NCBI GenBank assembly: GCA_964016885.1
Contig: OZ024742.1
Span: 105,152,001 to 105,216,000 of the forward strand
Source: Eledone cirrhosa
Lineage: Eukaryota
DNA length: 64,000 nucleotides
Reading direction: 5' to 3'
Shown here one piece after another: positions 1 through 12,327 of the stretch; position 1 is the stretch's first letter; every line of letters begins with the position of its first letter. The notes beneath the pieces are model-generated. The model saw only the letters and a program-made list of their open reading frames with translations, was not told the DNA's origin and did no database searches. Both the position numbers and the translations under genes were made by a program.

Positions 1-99
1 TTGATAAGAACTGAGAATGTCAAGAGCCAGAACTTATACCACAATGTCATCCGATAGTCTACAAATCCTGCCAATTCACGACCCTTGAAAGTAATAATA

Positions 100-560
100 T
101 AGAAAAAAAGTAGTTATACTGACCTGTAGCGTTGTGGTGTTTCTGAGCCGTGATAGAGCCTTAGTTAACCAGTGGAAAATATCCCTCCATGGGTAAGTGA
201 ACGACAAACATCTAAACTGAAAACATGCCATGCCTGGTAGAAGGACAGTGGAACACACTTCAGCATGGAGATAACTAAAATAGGAATATGCTAGTTTCCA
301 GGGGTTAGGGTTATATGCGGGCCAGTGTGAAATCCTAGAGATGACAGTGGTAAATGCCCAGATCCAACTGTGTCCATGAGGAGCACCAGACTGCTGCAGA
401 GGTTCAAATGTCAGCAAACGGTTGTCACCGATGGTGCTAATATAACTTGACATCTGACCCTAACATACCTTTGTACGATGAAATCCGGTTGCTGGAATGA
501 ATGTGCATCTAGTGCGTTTAATGTGCCCAGGTGGGTAACAGCATTATAATTCCCTGTGAA
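100..560 (-). mobile_element. Possible highly degenerate Gypsy-like integrase C-terminal relic
   Basis: Frameshifted minus-strand pieces loosely resemble the integrase end (HIKRTRC.., RFH..SSYIST, DLGI, PMEGYFPLV ~ PYEGPF.V). No intact frame. Confidence 0.3.
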
Positions 561-1732
561 AGTGAAAGTAGAGGAGGCGTGCCTGCATATTTTATTTACT
601 TGTTAGATGTGTTTCGTTTCACTCATGGAGAAAGACTTGTTGGTTTCCTTATGAAATTCATGGTCAACACTGTATAACAACACTGTAGAATAACATGGGA
701 ACAATGAGGCTAAAGGAAATTTTTTGACATTCCATCAGAATTGAAATATGATCGATGCTGGTTGTGAAATGAAAGAAAACAAAAGAGAGACAAGCTGACA
801 GACTGACAGAAATAAAAAATAGAGAGAAAATGAAGGAAAACTAAATAAAGAGAGAGAAGGAAATGAAAAAAAAAGCTGTCTGCTGCTTTCAAAGAGTAAC
901 TTGCCACGATCTTCTTCCTGTAGTAGCAGACAGCCGGTTCCAGCAACAGCAGTAGTCTAAGGAATGGCAGACGGCAGTAAGAAGACAGCCACTAAGGTAG
1001 ATTGTTGCAGCTACTCCGTTAATATTCTCACCTACACTACTACTACACCCACTGCCTCATGCTTTACTGGTGGCATGCTATAATACACAATCAATAACTG
1101 AACGAAAAACAGTCGTCAATGAATGAAGATTGTGTGTGAATTCAGCTAACACACTCATCTAGAAATTCTCAATCACAGAATGAAAGTGGCGCGACATGCA
1201 GGATCTATACAACAGCTAGAAAGCAATCGGTCAGGTGTGGGAAAACAAACAGCAGAATTATTTCTGATCATCTGCTGACTTCTATTATACTTATTCTTTG
1301 AAACTAATGCATTCTGAGGCATCTGTTACACAATCAACACATGACATCTATTACGTGATGCTTGTTACTCTACAGACTTGCATATTGCATGATGCATGTT
1401 ACATCACCTCCCCACATGTAGTTTGTAGCTGTTACATCACAATCGCATCCATTATATGATGCGTGCTACATCAGAGAGATATACATTATTTAACAGCTGA
1501 TAAATTAGTCACATGTGGATGTTCTGTGCTGTCAGTTACAAGCCACATGTATACTATGTGATATCACTGTTTACCACAATATGTATATCGTGTGATATCT
1601 TCACTATGGTACACTCACGTGTGTTATGTGATATCACTACTACACAACTGTCACATGAATATTGTGGGATACTTCTGTTATATACCACTCAATTGTATGT
1701 TGTAAGGTGTTTGCTACACATCAATTACATGT

Positions 1733-1880
1733 TCATTGTGGGATATCTCTGGTATACCATATTCACGAGTATATCGTGTTATACCTTGTGTTTCATCAAT
1801 GTCATTGTGGGATATCTCTGGTATACCATATTCACAAGTATATTGTGTTATACCTTGTGTTTCATCGATGTCATTGTGTG
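1733..1880. repeat. 69-bp tandem repeat (2 good copies) within a more degenerate array (~1400-1980)
   Basis: tcattgtgggatatctctggtataccatattcac.agtatat.gtgttataccttgtgtttcatc.atg occurs at 1733 and 1802. Confidence 0.85.
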
Positions 1881-2252
1881 ATATCTATGTAAAAATAGCC
1901 ACATGTATATTCTGTAATGATAACTCTGTTATATCATACCTATTTAAAGATGTAATGTGTGATATCTATATTTCATCAATATTAGAGAGCAGAGAACATG
2001 TGCAAAATCTTTACTGCTTCGCGCGCGCACACAAACCACGTTTTTACATACCATTTCTACCCTAGCATGGGTTGGACAAGTTGTCACAGTTCGAGGCCAG
2101 ACATGTTAAAGAGACTTCATCTCATTCCTATGTTCCATATTTGGCATGGTTTCTACAGCTGGATACCCTGCCTACCACCAACTAACTTAGATATACACAC
2201 AAACACACGTGTATATGTGTGTATATTATATATATATATATATATATATACG

Positions 2253-2299
<47 letters not shown>

Positions 2300-2307
2300 A
2301 TATATAT

Positions 2308-2800
2308 AATCATCGTTTTACGTCCATTTTCCACGCTAACATGGGTTAGACTTCTTGTCACATGAGACAAGTCAGGTCAGGAAACCACGTCTTGCTCATA
2401 CAGATCTGTATTTTGGCTTGGTTTCTACGGCTAGATGCCCTTCCTAACACCAATCACGTTACAGTGTGGACTAGGTAATTTTTATCATGACACCAAAACG
2501 ACCATCTATCAGGGTTGACTGGGTGGTTTTTGTCGTGTTACCAGCATGACCACCTTACAAGGTGGACTAGGCGCTTTGTGTCATGCCAGAAGCATAACCA
2601 ACATTACAGAGTGAACTGAGTGCTTTTTAATCGTGTCACCAGCACAACCACGTTACCTGAGTGCTTTTTACGTGTCACAAGCATGACCTCTATACAGTAT
2701 GGACGGGGGGGGGGGGGCTCCTGTTATATCACCAGCACTACCATTGTATAGACTGCATTTGTCGCTGTCCCTTTTCATGTTACCAGTACGACCCTCTTAG
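2308..2800 (-). mobile_element. Non-autonomous retroelement with RTE-LINE 3' end and internal ~50-bp tandem units
   Basis: Reverse complement ends gtctaacccatgttagcgtggaaaatggacgtaaaacgatga, matching the RTE 3' end at 59895-59943. Contains the ggtgttaggaagggcatc block and repeated ttacagtgtggactgg..gtttttgtcgtg units. Confidence 0.7.
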
Positions 2801-3385
2801 AGGATGGGTCAAGGTTTTTGCTGTTGTGGTGCCAGGTCGCCATACAGGGCAAACAAAGTGCTTTTTGTCGTGGCAGCAGCATCATGGGAGGGGGAACAGA
2901 TTTGGAGGGTGTTCTACTTTCCATGCTTGTATGACCAGAGAGGTACCATAGGAGCTTGAACGTTGGGGAGGGAGTATGCAAATTGAACATGGATGTGGTG
3001 AGTGTAGTATTTAGTTGATGAGGGCGAGGGTATTAAGACTAGCGAAGGTGGATGGGAGTAGGAAAACGGTAATTGCAGGTAAGTGTCCTCAAGATGTTTC
3101 AACCTGTGCATGTTTTCTGTAAGCTCTTACTGCTTACTGCTCCTGTGCAAAACCTACGTTTTCTTGCTAGCTTATCTGAGATCCCACTTACATCTCTTGT
3201 ATACCCTCAGTAGCGAAACGCGCGTCACCAACCAATAAACGTAATAGAGGAGTAACTATTCGTCCTTGTATTATGATATTACACTCTGTCTAGCTCTACA
3301 CCTCGATACTGACGTGAACGTAGACATCGAGTGTTCACCCGGGTGAACCTACAGTAACTCTGCGTTACACTCCCTATATATATAT

Positions 3386-4427
3386 GGGGGGAGGGCTTAA
3401 AAAGGTTCGTGGGAAAAGAACAGATGGAAGAAACAGTTTAAGTTATGATGTTTATTTTTCAACATATGCTCCATCTAGGTCAATACACTTCTGGAAGCGT
3501 TGATACCAGCCTTTAAGTCCATTTGTGTAAAACTGAGTGTCATGCGATTTAAACCATGTCAAAGCAGCTTTTTTTACATCTTCACCTGATGGAGAATGGG
3601 TACCTTTCAATGATTTTTTCAGGTTTGGAAACAAAAAGATGTCGGATGGGCTAAATCGGGATTGTAAGGTGGGTCTCACATGATTTCCCATCGAAATTCG
3701 CGTAACACAGCTCGTGTCTGCCGAGCACCGTGAGTGGGCGCATTGTCGTGGTGGAAGAGGACGCGCCGATGCAGCTTCCCCAGACGTTTTCCGTGATTTT
3801 CTTGGCCAGTTTTCTCAAAGCACCTTCATAATATACAGTTGTAATTGTTTTCTTGTTCCCAAGGAAGTCAACCAGCAAAATCCCTTCTACACCCCAGAAG
3901 ACAGTGAACATGACCTTCACTCTTGAAAGCTCTTATCTTCGAACCCACGAAGATGTTGAGTGTGTCGGCTACTGATTCAGTGGTTATTCGTCTATCCTTT
4001 TCAATTAGGTCGCGAACAGCATGGATGGTTTCCACACAGACTGACGTGGATGGCCTGCCACTGCGGGGGTCATCTTGAACCCCATCTCTTCCACTTCTAA
4101 AACGACCTATCAATTTGTAGGTTGTTGGTTTCTTTGGGGCATTGTCCCCATAAACTTGCTCCAGAGCGTCAATGATTTGACTGCTTTTCCACCCTAGCTT
4201 CATCATGAATTTGATGTTTGTCCTGGCCTCAATTTTGATGGTGGCCATGTTGTTCGAGGGGTGCTGTTTCCGACTAGCGGCGTCGCGTTGCAACATGCAT
4301 TTAAGGGTTCATGTTAGAACATGTTACGATACGTTAGTATGAGAACGTACAGGTGCATTGAGATCAAAATCCCTGCATATGATTCTTAACTAGGTCCTTT
4401 TTCCATGAACTTTTTGAAGTCCCCTCG
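3386..4427 (-). mobile_element. Mariner transposon, irritans subfamily (HsMar2-like), internally deleted and frameshifted
   Basis: Right TIR read on the minus strand is CGAGGGGACTTCAAAAAGTTCATGGAAAA; degenerate left TIR at 3386; TA flanks. ORF pieces KIEARTNIKFMMKLGWK..RSGRPSTS, KVMFTVFWGVEGILLVDFL, PSDIFLFPNLKKSLKG..KCIDLDGAYVEK. Confidence 0.95.
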
Positions 4428-4464
<37 letters not shown>

Positions 4465-4620
4465 ATGTAAAAGGTAAACATAAATAACGACGCAATCGGT
4501 ACAGTATATGGAAGGGATATATTAGATTAACGCTTGATATAGCAGGAAGAGGGTCTTAACGTTTCAGACGCTAGTCCATCATCAGAAGAAAGAATGAAAA
4601 ATAAGATAGATTGAGGGGAA
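4465..4620 (-). mobile_element. Penelope-like element terminal repeat (pLTR) fragment
   Basis: Contains a minimal hammerhead; its downstream flank is homologous to 6737-6822; embedded in (TA)n. Confidence 0.6.
4554..4589 (-). ncRNA. Minimal type-I hammerhead ribozyme motif
   Basis: Minus strand UCUU-CUGAUGA-U-GGAC-UAGC-GUCU-GAAA-CG-UU-AAGA: intact core, 4-bp stems I and II, palindromic ACGU stem III. Confidence 0.7.
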
Positions 4621-4686
4621 GGGCGGGCTGGAATTGGAAAAAAATGTCTTTAGATAAAAATAACTGGTCCATTCATGTTGACATCT

Positions 4687-4775
<89 letters not shown>

Positions 4776-4779
4776 TTGA

Positions 4780-5190
4780 TAAATGAAACAAAAACAAAAA
4801 GTCATATTAGGTTCACGCTTGGGGGAAGTAGGGGAGGGTTCGACGTTTCGGTCCTTCATCAAGAAAGTTTGGATAAGAAGAGAACAGGTAGTTACAAGAA
4901 AGTAGTGTATGGAAGTTAGGGAAAGGGTGTTGGGAGGAGTTTGATAGGTTGGGGTTGGAGCCGAAGTGGAAGTTCCAGGGGGTATCATGGGTGTGGTTGT
5001 GTGTGGCGAAGGGATGAAATTGGTAGGTATGCGTTGCTTCAGTTTGTGTATGTGTGTGAACACGTGGGTGTCTCAGAATCTCATTATTGGTGTGTGTGCT
5101 GTGGCGGACTGGCCAGATTTCCAGGTTGCCCAATGACAAGTGGGCCCCAGGAGGCCCACGGTAGCATTGCAAGAGCCCACATAGCATATA
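4780..5190 (-). mobile_element. Penelope-like 3' fragment with degenerate hammerhead (4838-4866)
   Basis: Minus strand uuc-UUGAUGA-aggacc-GAAA-CGUC-gaa, preceded by a pyrimidine-rich tail and weak GIY-YIG C-terminal-like peptide (..FTHIHKLKQRIP). Confidence 0.5.
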
Positions 5191-6164
5191 TATATATTGA
5201 GTGAGTGTGAAAGACCAAAGGTCATTATTGGAAGAAGGTAAGATATTTTCCCACAAAAATTTGATTGCACTGTTTTGTTTCCACTTATGTATTTTTTGAA
5301 AATGTTATTTATTCATTATAAAAATTAAATGATACCATTCTATATGTAGCTGGGCCCCCTGTATATATATAATGCCAATCGTTGTAAGTTGGAATCTAAC
5401 TGACATGCAAAAACATATATATAGGAATAAGGTAAGCCCAAATCATAGTAGATTGAAATATGACAGAGAGGAGGGGGGAGAATGAGGTGGAACAGAAATG
5501 AAACATGGATTACAGGTTAAAATGTAGTCTAGATAGATGAGAAACAAAACGAGGATGTAGTTTATGGAACACCCAAATTATTTAGAAGTCCACTTTAAGT
5601 AGGAGCAATAACATTAAGAAAGGCATGAACGACACCACAACACTTTGTTTTGAAAATTTTGAAAGTAGGTTTATACTTATGAATTTCCAGTAGATTTTCG
5701 TAGTTGTCTCTGTGGCCTAACGGTAGGTATTAGAGACGTTGGAGATCCTGGTCGTGGGTTCAATCCTGGTCAAGAGATACATAGAAACCTTTCTCAGTTT
5801 TTATTTTACAACCCATAGAAAAAAACTGAAAAGGCTTACTGGGATAATTATAAACCTACTTTCAAAATCAAAGTTAAAAATGGCTTTCCTAGAGCTATTA
5901 GTAATATTTAGGGTCGACTTGTCAATCTTCTGGCCCTTTGTTTCCACTTATGTATTTTTCGAAAATGTTATTTATTCATTATAAAAATTAAATGAGAGCA
6001 TTCTATATGAAGGTGGGCCCCCTTCATCTCCTGGCAACCAATAATTTTAGACCTAGTCCGACACTGTGTGTGTGTGTATGTCAATGAGTTGTTTGTATGT
6101 TTGTACATGTGCGTATGTGTATATGGGGATTTTTTCTGTTTCTATGTATGTGAGTGCGCACGAT

Positions 6165-6211
<47 letters not shown>

Positions 6212-6659
6212 TTTCACGTGTGTATCGGATGAGTGTGTGTATGTATGTCTGCGCGTGACTTGGAGGCTTTGTATTATATATGGAGGGAATATGTTGTATG
6301 CATGTGTGTGTTTATGTTAGGGTATGTCTGTGTGTGTATATGACTTTTTTTAATTGTTTCTATATATTTGCGTGTATATTTTCGCGTGTGTCGGATGATT
6401 GTTTGTATGTGTGTATGTTTGTGTCCGCGTGTGCGTTATAGTTATATATATTGTCAGTAGCGGAAAGATTTTGAGTGCATGTGTGTGAGGGTGAATGAGT
6501 GTAATTTATATATATATGTATGTGCATGTGTGTTGGAATATTCACGTGTAATTCTGTCCGGAGATGTTATCGAGAAGGGTATATATAATACACACAGATT
6601 TTTTCTTCAAAGTGGCTGCTGAATACACACGTTTTTTTTTCTCAAGAATTTTTTTTTTT

Positions 6660-6825
6660 TTCATACTATCGTCTTCTCACCCTCTATCATTCTATTTCAT
6701 CTCTTCCAATGAAGGACTTATTTCCGAAACGTTAAGACTCTTTTCCTACAACATCAAGCATTAAATTGATATATTTCTTCATTGTACTGTCGTTTGATTT
6801 GTTATTTTTGTTTACCTTTTGCATA
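6660..6825 (+). mobile_element. Penelope-like pLTR fragment with mutated hammerhead (6702-6737)
   Basis: UCUU-CCAAUGA-aGGA-cuuauu-UCC-GAAA-CG-UU-AAGA; same family as 4465-4620. Confidence 0.6.
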
Positions 6826-6837
6826 TATATATATATA

Positions 6838-7180
6838 ATCACCGTTTAAAGTCTATTTTTCCACGCTAGCATAAGTTAGACGAGTTGTCCCATTGTAAGA
6901 CAAGTCGAATCAGGTGACCGTGTCTTGATCATGCAGAACTGATTTTGGCCTTGTTTCCACGGCTGCATGCTCTTCCTAACGCCAACCTCATTTACAGTGT
7001 ATATTGGGTGCTTTTGTCGTGACACCTTTACAGTGTGTGCTGGGCACATTTTGTCGTGACACCTACACGACTACTTTACAGTGTGGGTTGGGCAATTTTT
7101 GTTGTGATACGTACACAACCACTTTAGAATATAGGATGAGCGCTTTTTGTCGTGGCACCAAAATGACCGCTTTACACACA
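6838..7180 (-). mobile_element. RTE-tailed non-autonomous retroelement with internal tandem units
   Basis: Same organisation as 2308-2800. Confidence 0.65.
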
Positions 7181-7288
7181 CACACTCGCGTCGGGGTCCT
7201 ACTCGTTCCTATTACCCACTCTACTACCCTAAGTATTGAGTACTTTGGTGCGTTATGGTCCATCTGGTTCCTTACCACATTACCTTCG

Positions 7289-7333
<45 letters not shown>

Positions 7334-7581
7334 AATTGAAGTACAGCAAATTCGAAGCTCGAGCCGCAGCTAAGCCAACGAATGCCTTCAGCAGTACAGC
7401 CAAGCACTCGACAAGGTATAGGCCCTCAGAGTAATACCATACAGTTTAAAGGGCTTTGCAAAATGAAGACAGCGGCCGGTAATTCAGCCGGGGTCCGTAG
7501 CAACGAAAGAACTGACTGGTGAGAAAAAAATTCATACACATATACATACATATGCATATTTATATACATATATATACATAT

Positions 7582-7654
<73 letters not shown>

Positions 7655-7790
7655 GTAATAATTGTTTCTACTTTAGGCACAAGGCCAGCAATTATCCAGT
7701 ACATTACTGGTACTTTATTTTATCGACCCCGTAAGGATGAAAGGCAAAGTTAATCTCGGCGGGATTTGAACTCAGAATGGCAAGGGATAA
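7655..7790 (-). mobile_element. tRNA-derived SINE, 5'-truncated
   Basis: Core ggtactttattttatcgaccccgtaaggatgaaaggcaaagtt..ctcggcgggatttgaactcag and (ATT) tail. Confidence 0.85.
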
Positions 7791-8002
7791 CTATATATAA
7801 GGGAACAAAGAATCAGTGTTGCATCATATACATATTTAATTACATATTACATATATTTTACTGTCGATTAGTTCAAGGAACGATCTATTAATGATCGATC
7901 CTGACTCTGGAATCGGAAGTTCCTAGAGCTGATCGACAGTGAAACATATGTAATATGTAATTAAATATAATGCAACACTGATTATTTGTTCTCTTGTATA
8001 GT
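7790..8002. repeat. ~210-bp imperfect inverted repeat (foldback)
   Basis: aagggaacaaagaatcagtgttgcat..ttacatattacatat..actgtcgattagttc.aggaac pairs with gttcctagagctgatcgacagtgaaacatatgtaatatgtaa..atgcaacactgattatttgttctctt. Confidence 0.85.
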
Positions 8003-8171
8003 ATTGCTATTGATACTCTGCTCCCTACGAGCATTGAGTGATCATTTTAGCATACTGCTTATGGACGCAATTAATGTGTACCTCTAATACATATATATAT
8101 ATATATATCATCATCATCATCATCATCATCAAACCCATGCTAGCGTTAAACGATGATGATGATGATGAATA

Positions 8172-8207
<36 letters not shown>

Positions 8208-9249
8208 TTTGAGTAAAACAACAGCATGCTGGACTGGTAATGTTCCTTTAAAGTTTTATTGTTGCAAAAACACTATATATATATTTCAATGGCTTGGTTA
8301 CGTAAGATTCTGGTGACATCATCAGGTGTGGATTGCATAATTAGATAATCAATAAAGAAATTACAGCATATATAAACAGAGAAAATATAGAAAAAGTATT
8401 TGATTCAGAGATGGTGACAAAAAGATGCACCCAACTTCACTGTAAATTAATGCTGGTGTCACGATAAAATGCACCAAGCCAGAACTGTAAAGTACTAGTG
8501 CTAGTGCCATGACAAAAAAAAAAACCCTGTCCATCCTATAAAGTAGTAGTGGTAGTTCCCCAATAAGACACACCCAGTATATGCCATGAAGTAGTTGATG
8601 TTAGGGAGGGCATCCAGTCATAGAAACCATTCCAAAATGAAATATATGAGCTAGATAGTTATGAGATGTATGACTAACAAAACAAAATGTGTTGGGACCT
8701 CTTTTACATTCTCACATCTCATTTTCTCATTATTTTCATGGATAACCATTTTGATTGTGCCCAATGAATGGGTCACAAACAAATTTGTACTTTCTGAGAG
8801 TTCAAATCACAATCTGACCTTGAATCTTGAGTAGCTTAAATATCATAAGTACTTAATAAAAATCATATTTAACTATATTGGGACTAAATTCTCTCTACTT
8901 GTTTAATGTTTACATTGTCATAAGTTTGTGTGTGTGCATGTGTGCTTGTGTTTAAAGTACTACTTGACTTATATTTTTTAATATATTTTAAAGATTTTGC
9001 AATACTGTATCATCTACTAGAAAGAAAGAGAAAAGAAAAAAATATCATTTTAAAAAGATAAAAACAAGTACAAAACAAAAAGAAATTTATGATTCAATAA
9101 TTTCAGAAATTACTTTCACTGAAATAAAATTGAATTAAATGAAACTATTTCAGAGTTTAAACATAATTGAAATTTATAAAAACCTAACAGGAAAATGTCT
9201 CCATAACCAAGTCAATTGCAAATTAGTTGAGTGGTGTTTCTGCCATAGT

Positions 9250-11295
9250 GTTTGTGTTGGCTTTAGACGACACAGTCCTCCAACCCACATCCAGATTTCC
9301 CACCCTACCCAGCTGATATCAGTGACATCCAACCTCCTGCCTGTTAAATCTTCTAAAATTTCCTAAGACAACTCCAAAGAGGATGGGATTTCTGGCTTGA
9401 GATCCTTCCCAACAAGCAGCAATGGCAGGGTAGATGGCTTGTAACCCAACCACCTCAAGGACATAAATTTGCCACATTCTACTGAGGCTGGAATATATCA
9501 GCTTTAGTCGATAACTGCTCTAATAGACAGTCTCCTCTGAGCCAACTACCTCATCAGTGGGAAATGCCATTCAACAACTCACATCCAAGATAACCTGCAA
9601 ATCAGTTGGGGAGAACCTCCACAAGAAACTACCCTCTATTCAAATTGGATAAGGGGTTAAATGCAGATGTGAGGAAAACACTCATGCAACCAGATATTTC
9701 ATTCAGCATGCACCTCTGTTGTCAGATCACCGAACACGCAAATTGTCTTTAATAGCATTAGGAATGACTATGCCTTAGAGAAGTATAAAAAAATGAACCT
9801 CTTTCATATTCCCTCTGACACAACTCACAAGACACCAAGCATGTTCATTGTTGCTGGCACTATCATCACATCTGCCACAAGTGTCCAGTAAAGTGACCCA
9901 TTTGGTCCACTCCTCTTTGTGCTGGCTATCCATTTGCCATTCAACATCCGATATCTGCATGATACGACACCAAGTGACTCTGTTAAGTGTCATTGATGAC
10001 CTTCAGAGAACATCATCCCAGCACTATCACTCCTTGGAGATTAACTTGTCTAAGTCAGAAGTGTTAAACGTGAGTAACAGTGAAACACACATCTGGTCAA
10101 TTCAGACTGATGTACAACTTACTCTGAAGAACAATGCCTACGTTCTTAGCCATCCAATTATCTCAAAAGTCATACAAGAGTTTCTGGAGGCCAAATAAGT
10201 TGACTTGGTGAGAATAAGACAAATTGCACCTCAATGATTCACATTTCACCCTCTTCCTCTTGAAAATCTCTGCAACAAGCAAATCTATGAGGTTCAGTGA
10301 CCATGACTCAACATCTGACCTTGCACTGTTGGCCAACCTTGCATCCATCAACTATATCTGAGACCTTATTCACAAGATTCTCCACTAAACATTGGAATCT
10401 AAAGTGGACTGGGAACTCCAGTTGGCTCTAGATGTCTGGATTGGTGATGGCTTCATAATCCCTCTATGCAAATTACCAACACAATTGGAATGATATCAAG
10501 TGAAGTTCTGCTTGTACAGGGATCAAACTTTCCTTGGGTCAATACCATCTCGCCTTCCCAACAGTAGTGTGTTGCTCGATTTGGTGTCCATTTCAATGAG
10601 TGCCACCACCACCACCCCACATGCACTGGAGTAACCATATGCCTTGGTCTCTGCATGGGAGTCACACAAATTCAGTTAGGGAGCTACAATCGACAAGTGT
10701 GGACTACATCCACTCTCCTGTAACCATAGTGCTGTCTGGTTCCCTCAGCATCATTAGAAAGAGCTTTGACATGGTCAGTTTCTTGTCACAACCAAATTAT
10801 GTCAGTCTCTAGTACAGTGGCAGAAGGTGCCCAGTTGAGATAAGACTTTTATCATTTTAGGGAGATGTGGCATCCTATATTAGTGAAACTATGTTGCAAC
10901 ACATTCTCCAGTCCAAACTTCATCACTTCTGGCCATTACACAGAGGAGCAGAAAATGAAATACCAAAATTTACTTTTTGTGCTGGTTGCCATTGAGACCT
11001 CTGGTACCCTCACTCCCCAAACTGACATTTCTCTTCACAAAATCAGGAGTGCATCTTTCCTGAGGAAGAAATCCAGGGAGGGAGGATGGCTGATGCAGTG
11101 GTTGTCACTAGCTGTTTCCTGTGGCAATGCTATCACCATCGTGTCTACGGGGTGCAACTAATAAGAACTGCCCAACCAAAAGTAAAAAGTTTGATCCCTC
11201 CCTTTTCTTTTTAAATATCTTCCCCCTTTTTTCATTTTCTCTTATTTATCATTTATTTTTTTTTAATGCTTTCATTATTGCATATCTGTTCAAAT
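9250..11295 (+). mobile_element. Degenerate CRE-like non-LTR retrotransposon (RT + restriction-like endonuclease)
   Basis: Broken motifs G.VDGL.P.HLKD (9425), FNSIRND (9748), SVQ*SDPFGPLLFVLAIH (9880), YLHD (~YLDD, 9952), and C-terminus LFVLVAIETSG..WLMQWLSLAVSCGNA. Confidence 0.75.
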
Positions 11296-12103
11296 AAAAA
11301 TTATTAGTTTTAATAAGAACTATGTCTTCACTCAAGCTACTAGAAATAACAGCCAAATTTTACCTTACCTCTTAAAATATAGAGGAAAAAAATGAATATA
11401 ATATAGTCCAAGATACACTATGAAAAAAAGTGACAGGATCGTCGTAGCAAGGATGCTATTGAGAATAAGTCTGCTTATTTATGACTAACCTGGGGCTAAA
11501 CAATAGCAGTATCAATAACACCATCAGCATGGACATTTTATGCATCCATTCGAGCTATTAAAAATAGCAGCCACATCGCCCTCAAATCACGTTCTATCAT
11601 CCCAAGAAAGAAGGACACATTGAATATGTGCTCCTAGGTACATTGTGCTAAGGAAAAAGATAGTATGGAGCAGACCTGACCTGAGGTTAAACAAGAATAC
11701 ATAAAAACTATTGAAATAAGAAAAAGAAAAGCATTCCATCAACTCAACTTTCTATTCAAATATGTATATATTAAAATACATCGATTAAGGCATAATTGTC
11801 TGACATCTTAATATATTTATTTCATTTTAGTTTTAGTATTCTCTATTTTAGCTGGTCTCTCAGAGATAATGCAATTTCAATTTTAACAACAACAGATAAA
11901 ACTTATAAGGATTCTTCCAAAATTAATACTCCTATCAAATGTTTAAAAGCTACGTTTTTTAACATGAGTTTTAATGCAAATACTATTTCTGCTATCTCTT
12001 GACATACAAATATTTTAACAGAAAACTGATTCTCTCATCATACCTCTTCACTTAATTGAACTGGATACAAGCTAATGTTAACGCCATAATGACACACTAA
12101 ATA

Positions 12104-12297
12104 ATAATAATTGTTTCTATTTTAGGCACAAGGCCAGCAATTACCCATTACATTACTGATACTTTATTTTATCGACACCATAAGGATGAAAGGCAAAGTT
12201 AACCTCGGCGGGATTTGAACTTAGATCATAAAGGGACGTAACTCTATGCTTCAAAGCATGGTGTCCGATTCTCTACCGATACTGCCCATCCACCATG
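12104..12297 (-). mobile_element. Full-length tRNA-derived SINE
   Basis: A-box/B-box-like head, conserved core, (ATT)n tail. Confidence 0.85.
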
Positions 12298-12327
12298 ATA
12301 ATGATTTCTCTCTCTCACTCTCTCTCA

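Noticed and set aside
5706-5780. Functional tRNA gene
   Set aside because: No proper anticodon or T-stem pairing; only promoter-box resemblance.
7463-7525. ATG..ctg|gtgaga candidate first exon in a CpG-rich patch
   Set aside because: Short island between (TA)n tracts, like neighbouring TE fragments; no downstream coding exons found.
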